DNA from: Erysipelotrichales bacterium
GTDB lineage: Bacteria > Bacillota_I > Bacilli_A > RFN20 > CAG-826
Direction of reading: 5' to 3'
DNA: 64,000 bases
NCBI GenBank assembly: GCA_022508535.1
Contig: JAFLUZ010000009.1
Span: 3,480-67,479, forward strand
Shown here: positions 9,267 to 20,000 of the stretch, one piece after another
Numbering within the stretch: the stretch's first letter is position 1
Layout: every line of letters begins with the position of its first letter
Notes under the pieces: model-generated
The model's input: the letters and a program-made list of their open reading frames with translations, nothing else
Told to the model about the DNA's origin: nothing
Databases searched by the model: none
Translations under genes and position numbers: made by a program

Positions 9267-10450
9267 TATTTAATGACCTCTAACTCAACAAGAACATCTT
9301 TAATTTGTTTCATTGCATAATCTAATTGTTCTTTTGTATGTGTAGCGGTATAACTTGTTCTTAAAAGTGCAAATCCTTCTGGAGTAGCAGGAGAAACAAC
9401 AGGGTTAACATAAACTCCGCGTTCTAATAATAAGCTACAGGCTTTGAATGCTTTAAAGTCATCATATACGTAAATTGGAATAATTGGAGTATTAGAATCA
9501 ATAATTGGTACTCCCAATTTCTTTAATCCTTCTCTCATATAAGCAGATATTTCAAGCAATCTTTTTGGACGATCTGGTTCAGCTTTGATAATTCTTAAAG
9601 CCTCTAATGCACAGGCCGCACATGATGGAGTAATAGACGCTGAGAAAATATAAGGTCTAGAAGAGTGTTTTACATATTCAACTACTTCTTTTTTCGCAGC
9701 CATATATCCACCTAATGATGCTAGTGATTTTGAGAATGTTCCCATATAAATATCAACTTCATCTTCTAATCCGAAGTATTCTGCTGTTCCGCGTCCATGT
9801 TCACCTAATACGCCTAAACCATGAGCGTCATCAACCATTACTCTAGCTCCATATTTTTTCGCTAAAGCAACAATTTCAGGAAGTTTAGCAATATCTCCTC
9901 CCATTGAGAAAACACCATCTGTTACAATTAAAATTCCTTTATCACTTGGAATAGATTTTAACACTGCTTCTAAATCTTCCATATCTGCGTGTTTGTAGCG
10001 AAGCATCTTAGCATAGCTAAGCCTACATCCATCATATATAGATGCGTGATTTTCACGATCACAAACAATATAATCTCCTAATCCTGCAATTGCAGAAATA
10101 ATTCCTAAGTTTGATTGGAAGCCAGTTGAAAATGTCATAACTGCTTCTTTATGCAAGAATTCTGCTAATTCTTTTTCAAGTTGTAAGTGTAAATCTAAAG
10201 TACCATTTAAAAATCTTGAACCGGAACATCCTGATCCATATTTCTTTAAGGCCTCAATACCAGCATTAATTACACGACTATCAGATGTTAAGCCCAAATA
10301 ATTATTTGAACCAATCATCACTACATTGTGTCCAGACATCTCTACTTCGACATCTTGTCCTGAAGATAAAGCATGAAAATAAGGGTAAACTCCTTCTTTT
10401 TTAGCCATTTCAATTCTTTCCATATGATGGCATTTATCAAATAAATCCAT
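9266..10450 (-). CDS. spt: PLP-dependent alpha-oxoamine synthase, serine palmitoyltransferase-like
   Basis: Motifs NNYLGL, GSGCSGSRFLNGT, GTFSKSLASLGGY, PIIPIYV and VNPVVSPATPEGFALLRTSYTATHT match my recollection of Sphingomonas SPT (GSGTNGSRMLNGT, GTFSKSVGTVGG) better than KBL (GFGMASVRFICGT, GTLGKALGG). Confidence 0.7.
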   Translation of the reverse strand: MDLFDKCHHMERIEMAKKEGVYPYFHALSSGQDVEVEMSGHNVVMIGSNNYLGLTSDSRVINAGIEALKKYGSGCSGSRFLNGTLDLHLQLEKELAEFLHKEAVMTFSTGFQSNLGIISAIAGLGDYIVCDRENHASIYDGCRLSYAKMLRYKHADMEDLEAVLKSIPSDKGILIVTDGVFSMGGDIAKLPEIVALAKKYGARVMVDDAHGLGVLGEHGRGTAEYFGLEDEVDIYMGTFSKSLASLGGYMAAKKEVVEYVKHSSRPYIFSASITPSCAACALEALRIIKAEPDRPKRLLEISAYMREGLKKLGVPIIDSNTPIIPIYVYDDFKAFKACSLLLERGVYVNPVVSPATPEGFALLRTSYTATHTKEQLDYAMKQIKDVLVELEVIK

Positions 10451-10528
10451 AATTCAATCTCCTTTTTCTAGAAAATATATTATATAAATTTTTTATTAAT
10501 GTCTATATTCTATTTTCAATTTTTAAGC

Positions 10529-10562
10529 GCAAAAAAAATGTAACGAGTTATTAATTCGTTAC
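10529..10562 (-). terminator. Rho-independent terminator downstream of the GntR gene
   Basis: Perfect 7-bp stem GTAACGA/TCGTTAC followed by a U-run on the minus strand. Confidence 0.5.
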
Positions 10563-10659
10563 GGGGTAGATTACAATTTCATACCTTAGGTAAATTAACC
10601 TAATAAGTGTCGATTCACTATATTTATTTTATTCATTTTAAAGATAATGTCAAAACAAT

Positions 10660-11283
10660 TTATTCCATTGCACCATATGTTAAATATGTAATAGCTCTTT
10701 GATAAGATAAATCATCTTTACCAACAATAATTAGCTTATCATTAGCGATAAATGTAAAATCAGGCCCTGGAGACGTTATTGTTCTTCCTCCTCTTTTTAT
10801 GGCGACAATTGTTGCTTCCGTGTAGTTATAAAAATATACATCACCAATTGTTTGATTAATAACCCAACAATCATCATGGATAACAATTTCTTTAAATTCT
10901 ATTTCTGAATGAGTAGTAAAACTTCCTTGCTTTAATATAGCGGCTACTCTTTTAGAAATATCATCGTTTAAAAGATTTCGTTGCGCGATTAATTCGTTTA
11001 ATTCAGAAACTTGCTTTTTATGTTCATCAAGATCAGCAAATTTGGCCAAGAACTTTGTAGCATTAGATTTCGATTCAACAAAAATACCAACGCCATGTTT
11101 TACTGATACGATTTTTTCATTTGCTAAAATATTGATTGATTTACGAATAGTCTCAGAAGATACACTATACTCTCCTGATAACAAAGTTCTCCCTTTGAGA
11201 GTTTTTCCTTCTTTATAAATCCCTTTGCTTATTTTAAGTGCGATATCTTTTGCGATTAATAAATAATTTGGATCAACTTTCAT
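10660..11283 (-). CDS. GntR-family HTH transcriptional regulator with a C-terminal TrkA_C (RCK_C)-like domain
   Basis: N-terminal wHTH (LSGEYSVSSETIRKSINILANEKIVSVKHGVGIFV). The C-terminus GDVYFYNYTEATIVAIKRGGRTITSPGPDFTFIANDKLIIVG resembles TrkA_C. Confidence 0.65.
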   Translation of the reverse strand: MKVDPNYLLIAKDIALKISKGIYKEGKTLKGRTLLSGEYSVSSETIRKSINILANEKIVSVKHGVGIFVESKSNATKFLAKFADLDEHKKQVSELNELIAQRNLLNDDISKRVAAILKQGSFTTHSEIEFKEIVIHDDCWVINQTIGDVYFYNYTEATIVAIKRGGRTITSPGPDFTFIANDKLIIVGKDDLSYQRAITYLTYGAME

Positions 11284-11433
11284 AAAAACACCTCACTTTT
11301 ATTTCATTATATCAAAATAAATTTGTATTTATCATTCTTTTTATGCTCTTCTTCTAATTAAGTAGATTTTTCTATTATTGAAATTGCGTATTATATCTTA
11401 TATAATAAATCATTGAAAAGGGTGATGTCTCTT

Positions 11434-12429
11434 ATGAAACCATTTAGATACGTTTTAAAATCGTTATTTAACAATTCGGTTATTATTGAAGGTAGAAAAA
11501 GAAAGTGGATTGAATCATTTATTATATTTGTTCTTGCAATGATTATTGCTTTAATTCCTACTGTTGTAACAATTGCGTCAGTTAAAGGATCCGCATTACT
11601 TGATGCAAATTCAAATGGGGTAGATGAAGGTTTAAAATACTTCTCTGAAACCATGAATAAAAAACAAATAAAGTTTAAAATCAAAGAAGAAAACAAAGAA
11701 AAAGTTATTACCATTGAAGAAAGCGACTTCAAATGGGGAGAAAATGATAACGACACCGATGGCTATTATTTCAATAACCGCGGTGAAGATAATTACTTCA
11801 TTTATGAGCGTTACGATGGGGATAAGCGTGTCGAAAGACTAAGAGTTTATCAATTGATTAACTTGGATGCTAATGCATTTAGTGACAAAATTGAAAGCAT
11901 TAGAAACCAAAGTATTGAAACTACTCCAACTTCTTCTTTCATGGCAATTGGAAAAACAAGTAGTTATTTATGTGTTTATAGTAAAGCTTCTGAAAGTTGG
12001 GCAAGTCCAATTGCTGCTAGATTCTTAACATATGATCGTTTTGAAGATGGACAAGAAGTAATTTCTTCTTATGTTGGTGAGCATTCATTAAATAACTGGA
12101 AAGAATTTATTGATACTTCTTATACTAGTACAAAAATTACTTCCTTATTTACTCAAGTTGGAATTTACGCCGCACTCAATTTCGGAATTTCTCTATTTAT
12201 GGCTATTATGGTATTCATCATAACAAGAGGAAAGAATAATCCATATAGAGATTATAAGTTCATCGAAGCAATCAAAATTGTAAGTGTCGCTTCTTTAACA
12301 CCAAGTATAATTGCTGCTCTCATTGGATTTATTTTACCAGCATATTCTACTATGCTATTTATGGTAATTCTCGGTGTTCGTATAATGTGGTTAACTTCAA
12401 AAAATCTTAACCCTGCTATTAGAAATTAA
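11434..12429 (+). CDS. Membrane protein of unknown function
   Basis: The ORF-track frame starts at a TTG. I prefer the ATG at 11434, which is preceded by an AAAGGGTGA RBS. There are TM segments near both ends. Confidence 0.45.
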   Translation: MKPFRYVLKSLFNNSVIIEGRKRKWIESFIIFVLAMIIALIPTVVTIASVKGSALLDANSNGVDEGLKYFSETMNKKQIKFKIKEENKEKVITIEESDFKWGENDNDTDGYYFNNRGEDNYFIYERYDGDKRVERLRVYQLINLDANAFSDKIESIRNQSIETTPTSSFMAIGKTSSYLCVYSKASESWASPIAARFLTYDRFEDGQEVISSYVGEHSLNNWKEFIDTSYTSTKITSLFTQVGIYAALNFGISLFMAIMVFIITRGKNNPYRDYKFIEAIKIVSVASLTPSIIAALIGFILPAYSTMLFMVILGVRIMWLTSKNLNPAIRN

Positions 12430-12443
12430 AAACAAGGCATCAC

Positions 12444-13733
12444 TCATTGTGGTGCCTTTTCTTTATTACTTATTTCTTTATAAACATGTTTTTTATTTTC
12501 ATATGCTTTAATTAGTTTTATATTTTTCCATTGGCTGTACTTATAAACACCTACAAAGTCATACACAACTAAATTGTCATGTCCGTATTTTAAATAAAAA
12601 CTTTCATTAATGTGCGCAATATTTTCACTTTTGCTTAATATCACGACAACATCTGCCTTTTTAACTAAACCTTTTTCATCTATTGCATATTTCAATTTCT
12701 TATTTGCGCCAATTAGTTTTTTTAGATTTTCCTCATTTGAATTATCATAAACAATAATTTGCTTATCAAATCGCTTTAATAATGTCTTAATGACCTCGAG
12801 AGATAGCTTACTTATTTCGTCAAACAAATCGCTTATGCCTAAGATTCCGATAATTTCAACATTTTTTGGAATCTTATCCACTATTTGTTCTGCAAGATTA
12901 ATATTTCCTTCTTCTAAAGTTTTATTAATACCAAAATTATTTTTTAAAAAGAATTTAATATTATTACTTTCACGCAATATTTCATTACTATTACCTAGAA
13001 CAAAATTTTCGTTAATTTTAGGATATTCTAAGGTTGATAAAAGACTATTAATATTTAAATTATAGTCATTGTATAAATTGTGCATGTTCGTAAGAAATTT
13101 ATGACACATTACATTCAAAACACTTTGTGATACTCTATACATTTCTGCCTCTTCGTAGGACATAAAATACATTTTTCTGCCATCTAATAAAAATTTTTCA
13201 TAAAGCAATCGCACATTTGAATGTGTTTGTTGTGAAATCGTTCCAACAACAATTTGCTCTGGTGTAAATATATTTTCATAAACAAAATTATCAAAATTAA
13301 CATATGGCATATAAGCAATTAAAAAATTATCTTTATTACTATTTAAATATTTATCAATTGCTCTGCTTGTACCTATTGGTAATGGTGTTTTAATTAATAA
13401 TGTCGTTTTCCAAGTGACCTCGTTTTTTATTCTATCAATAAGACGATAAAAAGAATCTAAACTATACTCTTCTTTTTTATTATCTAATTCTACACTAATT
13501 AGAATTATTTCAACTCCCGATAAATCTAGCATATTGCTAGTAAAAATTATTTGATTCTTATTATTAACAACTATTTCTTTTATACGTTCATCTTTAAATA
13601 ATTTTATGCCTTTGTTTAATAAAGAAACACGAAAGGCATTGCTATCATATGCTACTACTTCATTACCAAAACTAGCAAAAAGTGCAACATTAGCAACGCC
13701 TATATCACCTAAACCAATAACCCCAATTTTCAT
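12444..13733 (-). CDS. UDP-glucose/GDP-mannose dehydrogenase family protein, divergent and apparently lacking the catalytic GGxCxPKD motif
   Basis: N-terminal Rossmann MKIGVIGLGDIGVANVALFASFGNEVVAYD. Overall collinearity with UDPGDH, but I could not find the catalytic Cys motif. Confidence 0.45.
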   Translation of the reverse strand: MKIGVIGLGDIGVANVALFASFGNEVVAYDSNAFRVSLLNKGIKLFKDERIKEIVVNNKNQIIFTSNMLDLSGVEIILISVELDNKKEEYSLDSFYRLIDRIKNEVTWKTTLLIKTPLPIGTSRAIDKYLNSNKDNFLIAYMPYVNFDNFVYENIFTPEQIVVGTISQQTHSNVRLLYEKFLLDGRKMYFMSYEEAEMYRVSQSVLNVMCHKFLTNMHNLYNDYNLNINSLLSTLEYPKINENFVLGNSNEILRESNNIKFFLKNNFGINKTLEEGNINLAEQIVDKIPKNVEIIGILGISDLFDEISKLSLEVIKTLLKRFDKQIIVYDNSNEENLKKLIGANKKLKYAIDEKGLVKKADVVVILSKSENIAHINESFYLKYGHDNLVVYDFVGVYKYSQWKNIKLIKAYENKKHVYKEISNKEKAPQ

Positions 13734-13752
13734 TTTGCCCTCATTTAACTAA

Positions 13753-14097
13753 TTAATCGCCGTAATCAGAACCGCGAGATTTGTCTTCTACAAATATATT
13801 TAAAGGATCTGTAATATCAAATATTTCCAATATGATAAAATCATCTATTCCAATGGTAAGAGGATGTTCAAAGTTACCTGTAAATATTACTTTATGATTT
13901 ACTTTAACTACGCGCTCCATTTCTTTTAAGATTCTCTCTACTTCATTTGGATGATGATCCTTAAATGAACTAAACATTGTATAAAAAATCGGTTCAATAT
14001 AAAAAACATCACCATCACTTGTTGTGTACTTACTTGAAAATGGATTTTGTTTCTCAATTTCAAATTTATATTTGTTCCATTCTTCATAATTTTTCAT
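13753..14097 (-). CDS. Small hypothetical protein
   Basis: ORF downstream of the UDPGDH-like gene. The start MKNYEEW is preceded by an AAGGTGA RBS. Confidence 0.35.
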   Translation of the reverse strand: MKNYEEWNKYKFEIEKQNPFSSKYTTSDGDVFYIEPIFYTMFSSFKDHHPNEVERILKEMERVVKVNHKVIFTGNFEHPLTIGIDDFIILEIFDITDPLNIFVEDKSRGSDYGD

Positions 14098-14323
14098 TTT
14101 AATCACCTTGTTAATTTTAAAACAAATCTCGACATAAAACAATTAATTACAATATTAGTTTTTAACACTGTCGAAATATGTCAAATTATCATATTATTAA
14201 AATTTAATTAATAAAATTTTAAAACAACATCAAAAAGTGTATAATAAATCGAAAGAGACAATGATAAGCTACAAATTGTCAGAAAGGAATTTATCAATTA
14301 GTTATTGATAGCAAGTGTATTAA

Positions 14324-17029
14324 ATGAAAAGGAAATTACTTTTAATATATGCATACATTCTATCTTTCTTATGTCCTGCTTTGATATTTTTGTTTGCTCT
14401 AAAGACTAATGGCATTTATCCTTTTGGCGATTCTACCCTTTTATTTGTAGATTCACAAGGTCAATATATATCTTTTTTAAATTATTATCGCTCAATCTTA
14501 TTAGGGGCAAATAATATTAAATATACTTTTGCTAAACCGCTCGGTGGCGATATGGTTTCCATGTTTACTTATTATTTACTCTCACCTTTTAATTTATTAT
14601 ACGTTTTCTTTGATATGAGTTCTTTGCCACTTGGTATCGCAATAGTTACTATTTTAAAAATAGGGACAATTGGAATATCAATGTATATTCTTTTAAGACA
14701 TTTAAACAAAGATAAAATTTTCTCTAGCTTAATCTTCTCTACTGCATACGCTCTATGTTCTTATGTAATTGTATATAATTTCAATTTTATGTTCTTGGAT
14801 GGAGTAATTTTTGCTCCTCTTATCATTTTAGGAATAAGTAAAATTTTTGAGGGAAAACGAAATATTTTCTATGTTATATCTTTAGCTTTAGCAATCCTTA
14901 TTAATTACTATATTGGTTTTATGCTATGTTTCTTTGCTGGTGTATTCTTTTTGTATAAATATTATGAAGTTGAACGAAATAAGGATGAAACAAAAAAGTT
15001 ATTTCAAACTTTTATTATTGGATCAATACTCGCTGGCGCTATAAGTTCATTCAGCTGGGTATCTGCAGTACTGAATATGAGTGGCGCAAAAGCTTCACTA
15101 GAAAATAGCAGTGCTTTTTCCATGCAAACCTTGTGGAAAATCGCTGATTTTAGTAAAAACTTAACTAGTAAATCTTATTTAGGAATGGACGATATTATTA
15201 ATGGTGCGCCATTAATGTTTATAGGTGTAGTAAGTTTAATTTTATGTGCTCTTTACTTTATGAACAATAAATTTAGCATTCGTGAAAGAATTTGTTCTGC
15301 TACAGTAATTGTATTATTTGTTTTTATCATGTTATTTACTTTCCCAAATAATCTTTTACATGGTGGTTCCGCTCCTACTTGGTTTACTTTTAGATATGCT
15401 TTTGTTTTTGATTTCTTTTTAATATATTTAGCTTTTAAAGAATTTAATAATCTTGAAGGATTAAAAATTCATCATTATGTAATACCTTTATTTATCTTAG
15501 CCTTAATTAGTGTCATACTAAAACTTAATGGCATTGAAACAAACGTTCTTCAAGACATTTTGATAGCAGTCGTTACTCTCGTTTTGATTATGGCATTAAA
15601 ATACTTTAAACATAAATTAGTTACTGGTGCTGTTTCAGTATTATTAGTATTAATTAATAGCTTGAATTTAAACGTTAATACCAATCACGTAATCTCCACA
15701 AATAAAGAAGCATCAGAAAACGGAAGCGGCAGCTACATAAGTTATGAAAAATACAACAAAGAAACTAGCGAAATTGGTAAAGTAATAGATTTTGTAAAAG
15801 ACTACGATGAGAGTGATGAATTTTATCGTATGGAAAAAACTTTCTATTCGCAAGCAACATATAATCTCGCTAATAACGATTCATTTATGTTTGATTATGC
15901 AGGTTTAACCCATTATTCTTCTAGTGATAAATTATCAACCAGAAACTATTTAGCTTATTATATGGGATTCCACACTAATTACAACTGGGCTTCTTATGGT
16001 CTTGGTTCTACATTAACTGCAAACTCATTAATGGGAATTAAATATATTATTGATCGTGATTATGAATATAATAGTATTCTCATTCCAAATCGCCATTTCG
16101 GTGCAAGAAATTATTTAACTCCAATTAAAGATTTTGATTCTTATTTAGGAGATCAAATACATGTCTTTGAAAATCCTTATGCACTGTCATTAGCGTATCT
16201 TTCTAAATTACCAAATAACGAGCAAAGTGAAGAAAAACACAATGTATTCCGTTATCAAAATCAAATGTTAAAGAATTTAACAGGTTTAGATTTAGGCGAT
16301 GTATTTAAACCATTAGAATTTACATTTACATATCAAAATATTGAGCCACTAGAACAAGAAAATCATTATGTATTAATTGATTTAACAAAACCAGGATATA
16401 TAAATTATGCAGTCAAATTAGATAACGAATTAAAGAAATATCCGATGTATTACTATATTAAAGATGGTTTCTCTCAATATATGTCATTAACCGATACTAG
16501 AAATTTATATTATTTCCATATGTATAATTATGCGGTTAATCCAATTGAGTATTCCCCTTATCAATCCACAAAAAATTATCAACTTAAATTAAATGAAAAC
16601 TTGTATTGGGACAATGTGGAAATAATTCCTAGTTTCTATTATGAAGATGTAGATTTATTAAAACTATATATTGCTGAATTACAAAAAAATAATGTTAGCT
16701 TAAAAAGACTTTCTTCTTCTCATTTAAAAGGAACTGTTACTTATAATGAAGATAACCCTCTTCTTATGACAAGTATTCCATTTGAGGGAAAATGGAAATT
16801 AAAAGTCAATAATAAACCAGTAAAAACATTTATCACACAAAACTTATTTGTATCTGCTGATTTAAGTAAATTAAGTATTCATAACGGAGATTCAATCACT
16901 ATCGATTTAGAATATGTTACAAACGAATATACTTTAACGATTATTCTTGGACTTATTGCCATTGGCTATATCTTCTTTATAGATTATAATTATGGCAAAA
17001 AAATTATCAGCAAATTAAAAACTAAATAG
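14324..17029 (+). CDS. yfhO: YfhO-family polytopic membrane protein (putative glycosyltransferase for cell-envelope polymer glycosylation)
   Basis: N-terminal motif FGDSTLLFVDSQGQYISFLNYYR, a multi-TM N-terminal half and a large extracytoplasmic C-terminal domain ending in a TM helix. Confidence 0.7.
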   Translation: MKRKLLLIYAYILSFLCPALIFLFALKTNGIYPFGDSTLLFVDSQGQYISFLNYYRSILLGANNIKYTFAKPLGGDMVSMFTYYLLSPFNLLYVFFDMSSLPLGIAIVTILKIGTIGISMYILLRHLNKDKIFSSLIFSTAYALCSYVIVYNFNFMFLDGVIFAPLIILGISKIFEGKRNIFYVISLALAILINYYIGFMLCFFAGVFFLYKYYEVERNKDETKKLFQTFIIGSILAGAISSFSWVSAVLNMSGAKASLENSSAFSMQTLWKIADFSKNLTSKSYLGMDDIINGAPLMFIGVVSLILCALYFMNNKFSIRERICSATVIVLFVFIMLFTFPNNLLHGGSAPTWFTFRYAFVFDFFLIYLAFKEFNNLEGLKIHHYVIPLFILALISVILKLNGIETNVLQDILIAVVTLVLIMALKYFKHKLVTGAVSVLLVLINSLNLNVNTNHVISTNKEASENGSGSYISYEKYNKETSEIGKVIDFVKDYDESDEFYRMEKTFYSQATYNLANNDSFMFDYAGLTHYSSSDKLSTRNYLAYYMGFHTNYNWASYGLGSTLTANSLMGIKYIIDRDYEYNSILIPNRHFGARNYLTPIKDFDSYLGDQIHVFENPYALSLAYLSKLPNNEQSEEKHNVFRYQNQMLKNLTGLDLGDVFKPLEFTFTYQNIEPLEQENHYVLIDLTKPGYINYAVKLDNELKKYPMYYYIKDGFSQYMSLTDTRNLYYFHMYNYAVNPIEYSPYQSTKNYQLKLNENLYWDNVEIIPSFYYEDVDLLKLYIAELQKNNVSLKRLSSSHLKGTVTYNEDNPLLMTSIPFEGKWKLKVNNKPVKTFITQNLFVSADLSKLSIHNGDSITIDLEYVTNEYTLTIILGLIAIGYIFFIDYNYGKKIISKLKTK

Positions 17030-17043
17030 CGATTATTCACTAT

Positions 17044-20000
17044 TTAGTTTTTTTCTATAAGTTGTTCCTTTTGTTTTCTTTTTTTATCGATAAATACTTC
17101 AAGTCCTATTGTTATTCCAAATAGTGCAAATCCCATTAAAGAAAGCATTAAGCCTTCTTTTAGACGTGGTGTGAAATATTCCATAACATAAGAGTTGCTC
17201 CCGCTTTTTCCAACGAATGCACAGAAACCACCTTGAGCTTTAAAAATCTTTGGTTCAGTTACTATTCCATTTTCATCAGTCATTTTAAGACTCCAGCCAG
17301 CATCATATGGGATGGTAGTAACCACTATTTTATTTTCTTTGAAATTAGTCTCAAATGTTGCTTTATTAGTAGTCATATGAACGTTTTCTAATGGGTTTTC
17401 TTTTATTTTTTCAAGACGTTTTAAGTAACTATTATAATTTTCTTCATAAACAGCAAATCCATTCATGTTCGTGTTATCGCCTTCATTAATCATAGGTTTA
17501 ACAATGATTGTTTTTGCTGGGCGATCAACATAGAATCCTCTTAAATTTTTATAATCTTGATTAATATATTGATGGTAATCAAATGTTATCATCTTTCCTT
17601 CTTCATCATATATATGCACGTAGGACAATCTATTCATTTGTAGTTTTAAACCAAGAAAACATCCCTCGTCTGATGCTTTACAGAAATTTGTTTTATCCGC
17701 AAGTTCAATAATATATTTGGTCGTATTTACCGTATATGGAGTAGAACTTCCTGTAACTCTTGTACATCCTTCTGTATTTAACAATGCATCACTAGAATCG
17801 CCAACTCCACTTGGGCAAGCATATCTTGTAACTGATAATTGAGGATTAATATATAACTTACCTGAGGCCTTACCATAATTATTAATAGGAAACTCTTTTA
17901 GAAGCTTTAATGTTTCTTCATCATATTCATTTTCTTCTGAAAAACCATCCTCATTCACATCATAAAGAATTGCCCCCGACATTAATGCTTCTTCATTTTT
18001 AATTACCTGCATGAAATCATTAACTAAATAACCACTTGATGACGCACCATCATTACGCGATCTCTGTTGCCAATAAACATAAGAATAATTACTACCATAA
18101 TGAATATAGTTCTCTACTGAGTCAATATTAATAGGAATTATATTATCAAAAGCATAACCTAACTCAATAAAGTTTTTATTTTCAAAAACAGAATGTAACG
18201 ATGAAGATAAATCTTCCCGATATTCAAAACCAAAAGGCACATTATACATTGATTTATCATTAATAACTTCATTTTTAATTACTGTACTAAAGTCGGAATT
18301 TTTTACAATATAATATTTAACTCCTAAAAATGCATCAAGATTTACAAGTTTTTCATGTGCTCCCATGGTCCATGTATCACGTGAATATAAGATTCGCGTC
18401 CAATTTAAGAAATCTTTGAGATTAGAATTGTATAAAGAATGGAAACCTCCAACACCATTATAGTTTTCTCTCATCCCTAGATTGTTCGTAGAATCATTTG
18501 CAGTAGTATTAAACACTCTAAAATATGTATCATCCACGTTATTAATTTTCTTAACTACTTCTACTTCATCCGCAAAATTATCTGGTCCACCCGCTAAATA
18601 TTGATATTTTGTCTTTTGTCCAAATAAAGTGAAATTACCTACAATCAATACTTCAATAGATAACATAATCGGGAGTATTTGTTCAAATCTCGGTTTCTTA
18701 AATGTACCACGTACTATAAAATAACAAACAATTACATAAATAAATTGATAGATGATAATAGCAAGAGTTTCTTTAATATCATGGACTCCATATTGATTAT
18801 CTAATGCCGTTAAGACTGTAAAGGTCATACAAGTAATAATAAACAAGACCGATATATCAAAATACCATTTAGGATACTCTTTTAAATCTTTATAACTTAA
18901 TGCTACATAAGCAATTAATGCAACAACAACAAATAATTGCCATCTTCCATAATCTACAGTAAAGCCATGAAATAATTGATAGGCAAATGGAGTAAATAGC
19001 ATTATCCCCATTCCAATAATAGCGATAATGTGCGAAATTTTCTTTTTTCTTACACTTTCAATTACAGCAGGTACAACCATTAAACTTAAAGGTGTATAGA
19101 TAAATAGACTTGAAAGAGTATTATCGTATCCCGTATTGCGATATAAAAGTGTATTAAAATCACTAACCACAGGGAAAAAGTATGTTGCTAGTGGATAGTA
19201 TCTTTTCTTTGTTGAATTAAAATCAAACAGTAATTTCCAAAGTTCTTCTAGATTCTTTTCAGTAAAAGCGGTTTTTAAAGATTCAAGATATGTCGCACTT
19301 TCTACTCTTCCTGCTTCTTGTACAGCATTTAAACATGGAAGTAAGATTAATGCACACATCATTAAACCCACTGCAAAACCAAATACTCCTAAACCAATAA
19401 CAATAAAATTATCTTTGATGTTACGTTCTTTAATAGTTTGAAAGTATCTAAATGCCGCATACATAACACCTGCAAAACAACTAACAACTAAAAAGAAATA
19501 GTTTGCCAATCCCAAAACAAATAATGAAAGCATTAATGTAACCGGTCTTTTTTCTTTGATAGTTTTTTCAATACCAAGTAGCACCAACGGGAACATTACA
19601 ACTACTTCCATAAAATGATTAAACCACATATAGTATAAGTTCCAACCACAGAAAGCATATGCAATAGCAAAAACACGTGCTGTTTTTTCATCTGCGCCTA
19701 AATATTTGATATATGCTCTAAAAGTCAAACCAGCCAAAGCCATCTTTACGATCATCAAAAGAGCTAAGCCTTGCGGAATTAAAGTTCTTGGACAAAGAAG
19801 AATTGGTAAAAAGAACGGATTTAAAAAGTAGTAAAAACTATTCGCTCCAATATTATTTACACCAAGAACAGTATTTGAATCCCAAAGTGGGAATTCACCA
19901 GTTTTAATAAAATGCCACCAGTCATCATAACCGTTTGTATAAAATGGGATTTGTTGTTGGACATAATCTCCACCTAGTGGAATAGTGCCATTTTCCATTA

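Noticed and set aside
9266-10450. Annotating the alpha-oxoamine synthase as 2-amino-3-ketobutyrate CoA ligase (Kbl) or BioF
   Set aside because: The motif comparison (GSGCSGSR, GTFSKSLASLGG) fits SPT better, and the adjacent gene is a tail-anchored SDR rather than a threonine dehydrogenase or a bioA/bioD neighbour. A phylogeny is still needed to exclude this.
11413-11433. TTG start for the 11413-12429 ORF
   Set aside because: There is no RBS in front of the TTG, whereas the ATG at 11434 follows an AAAGGGTGA RBS.
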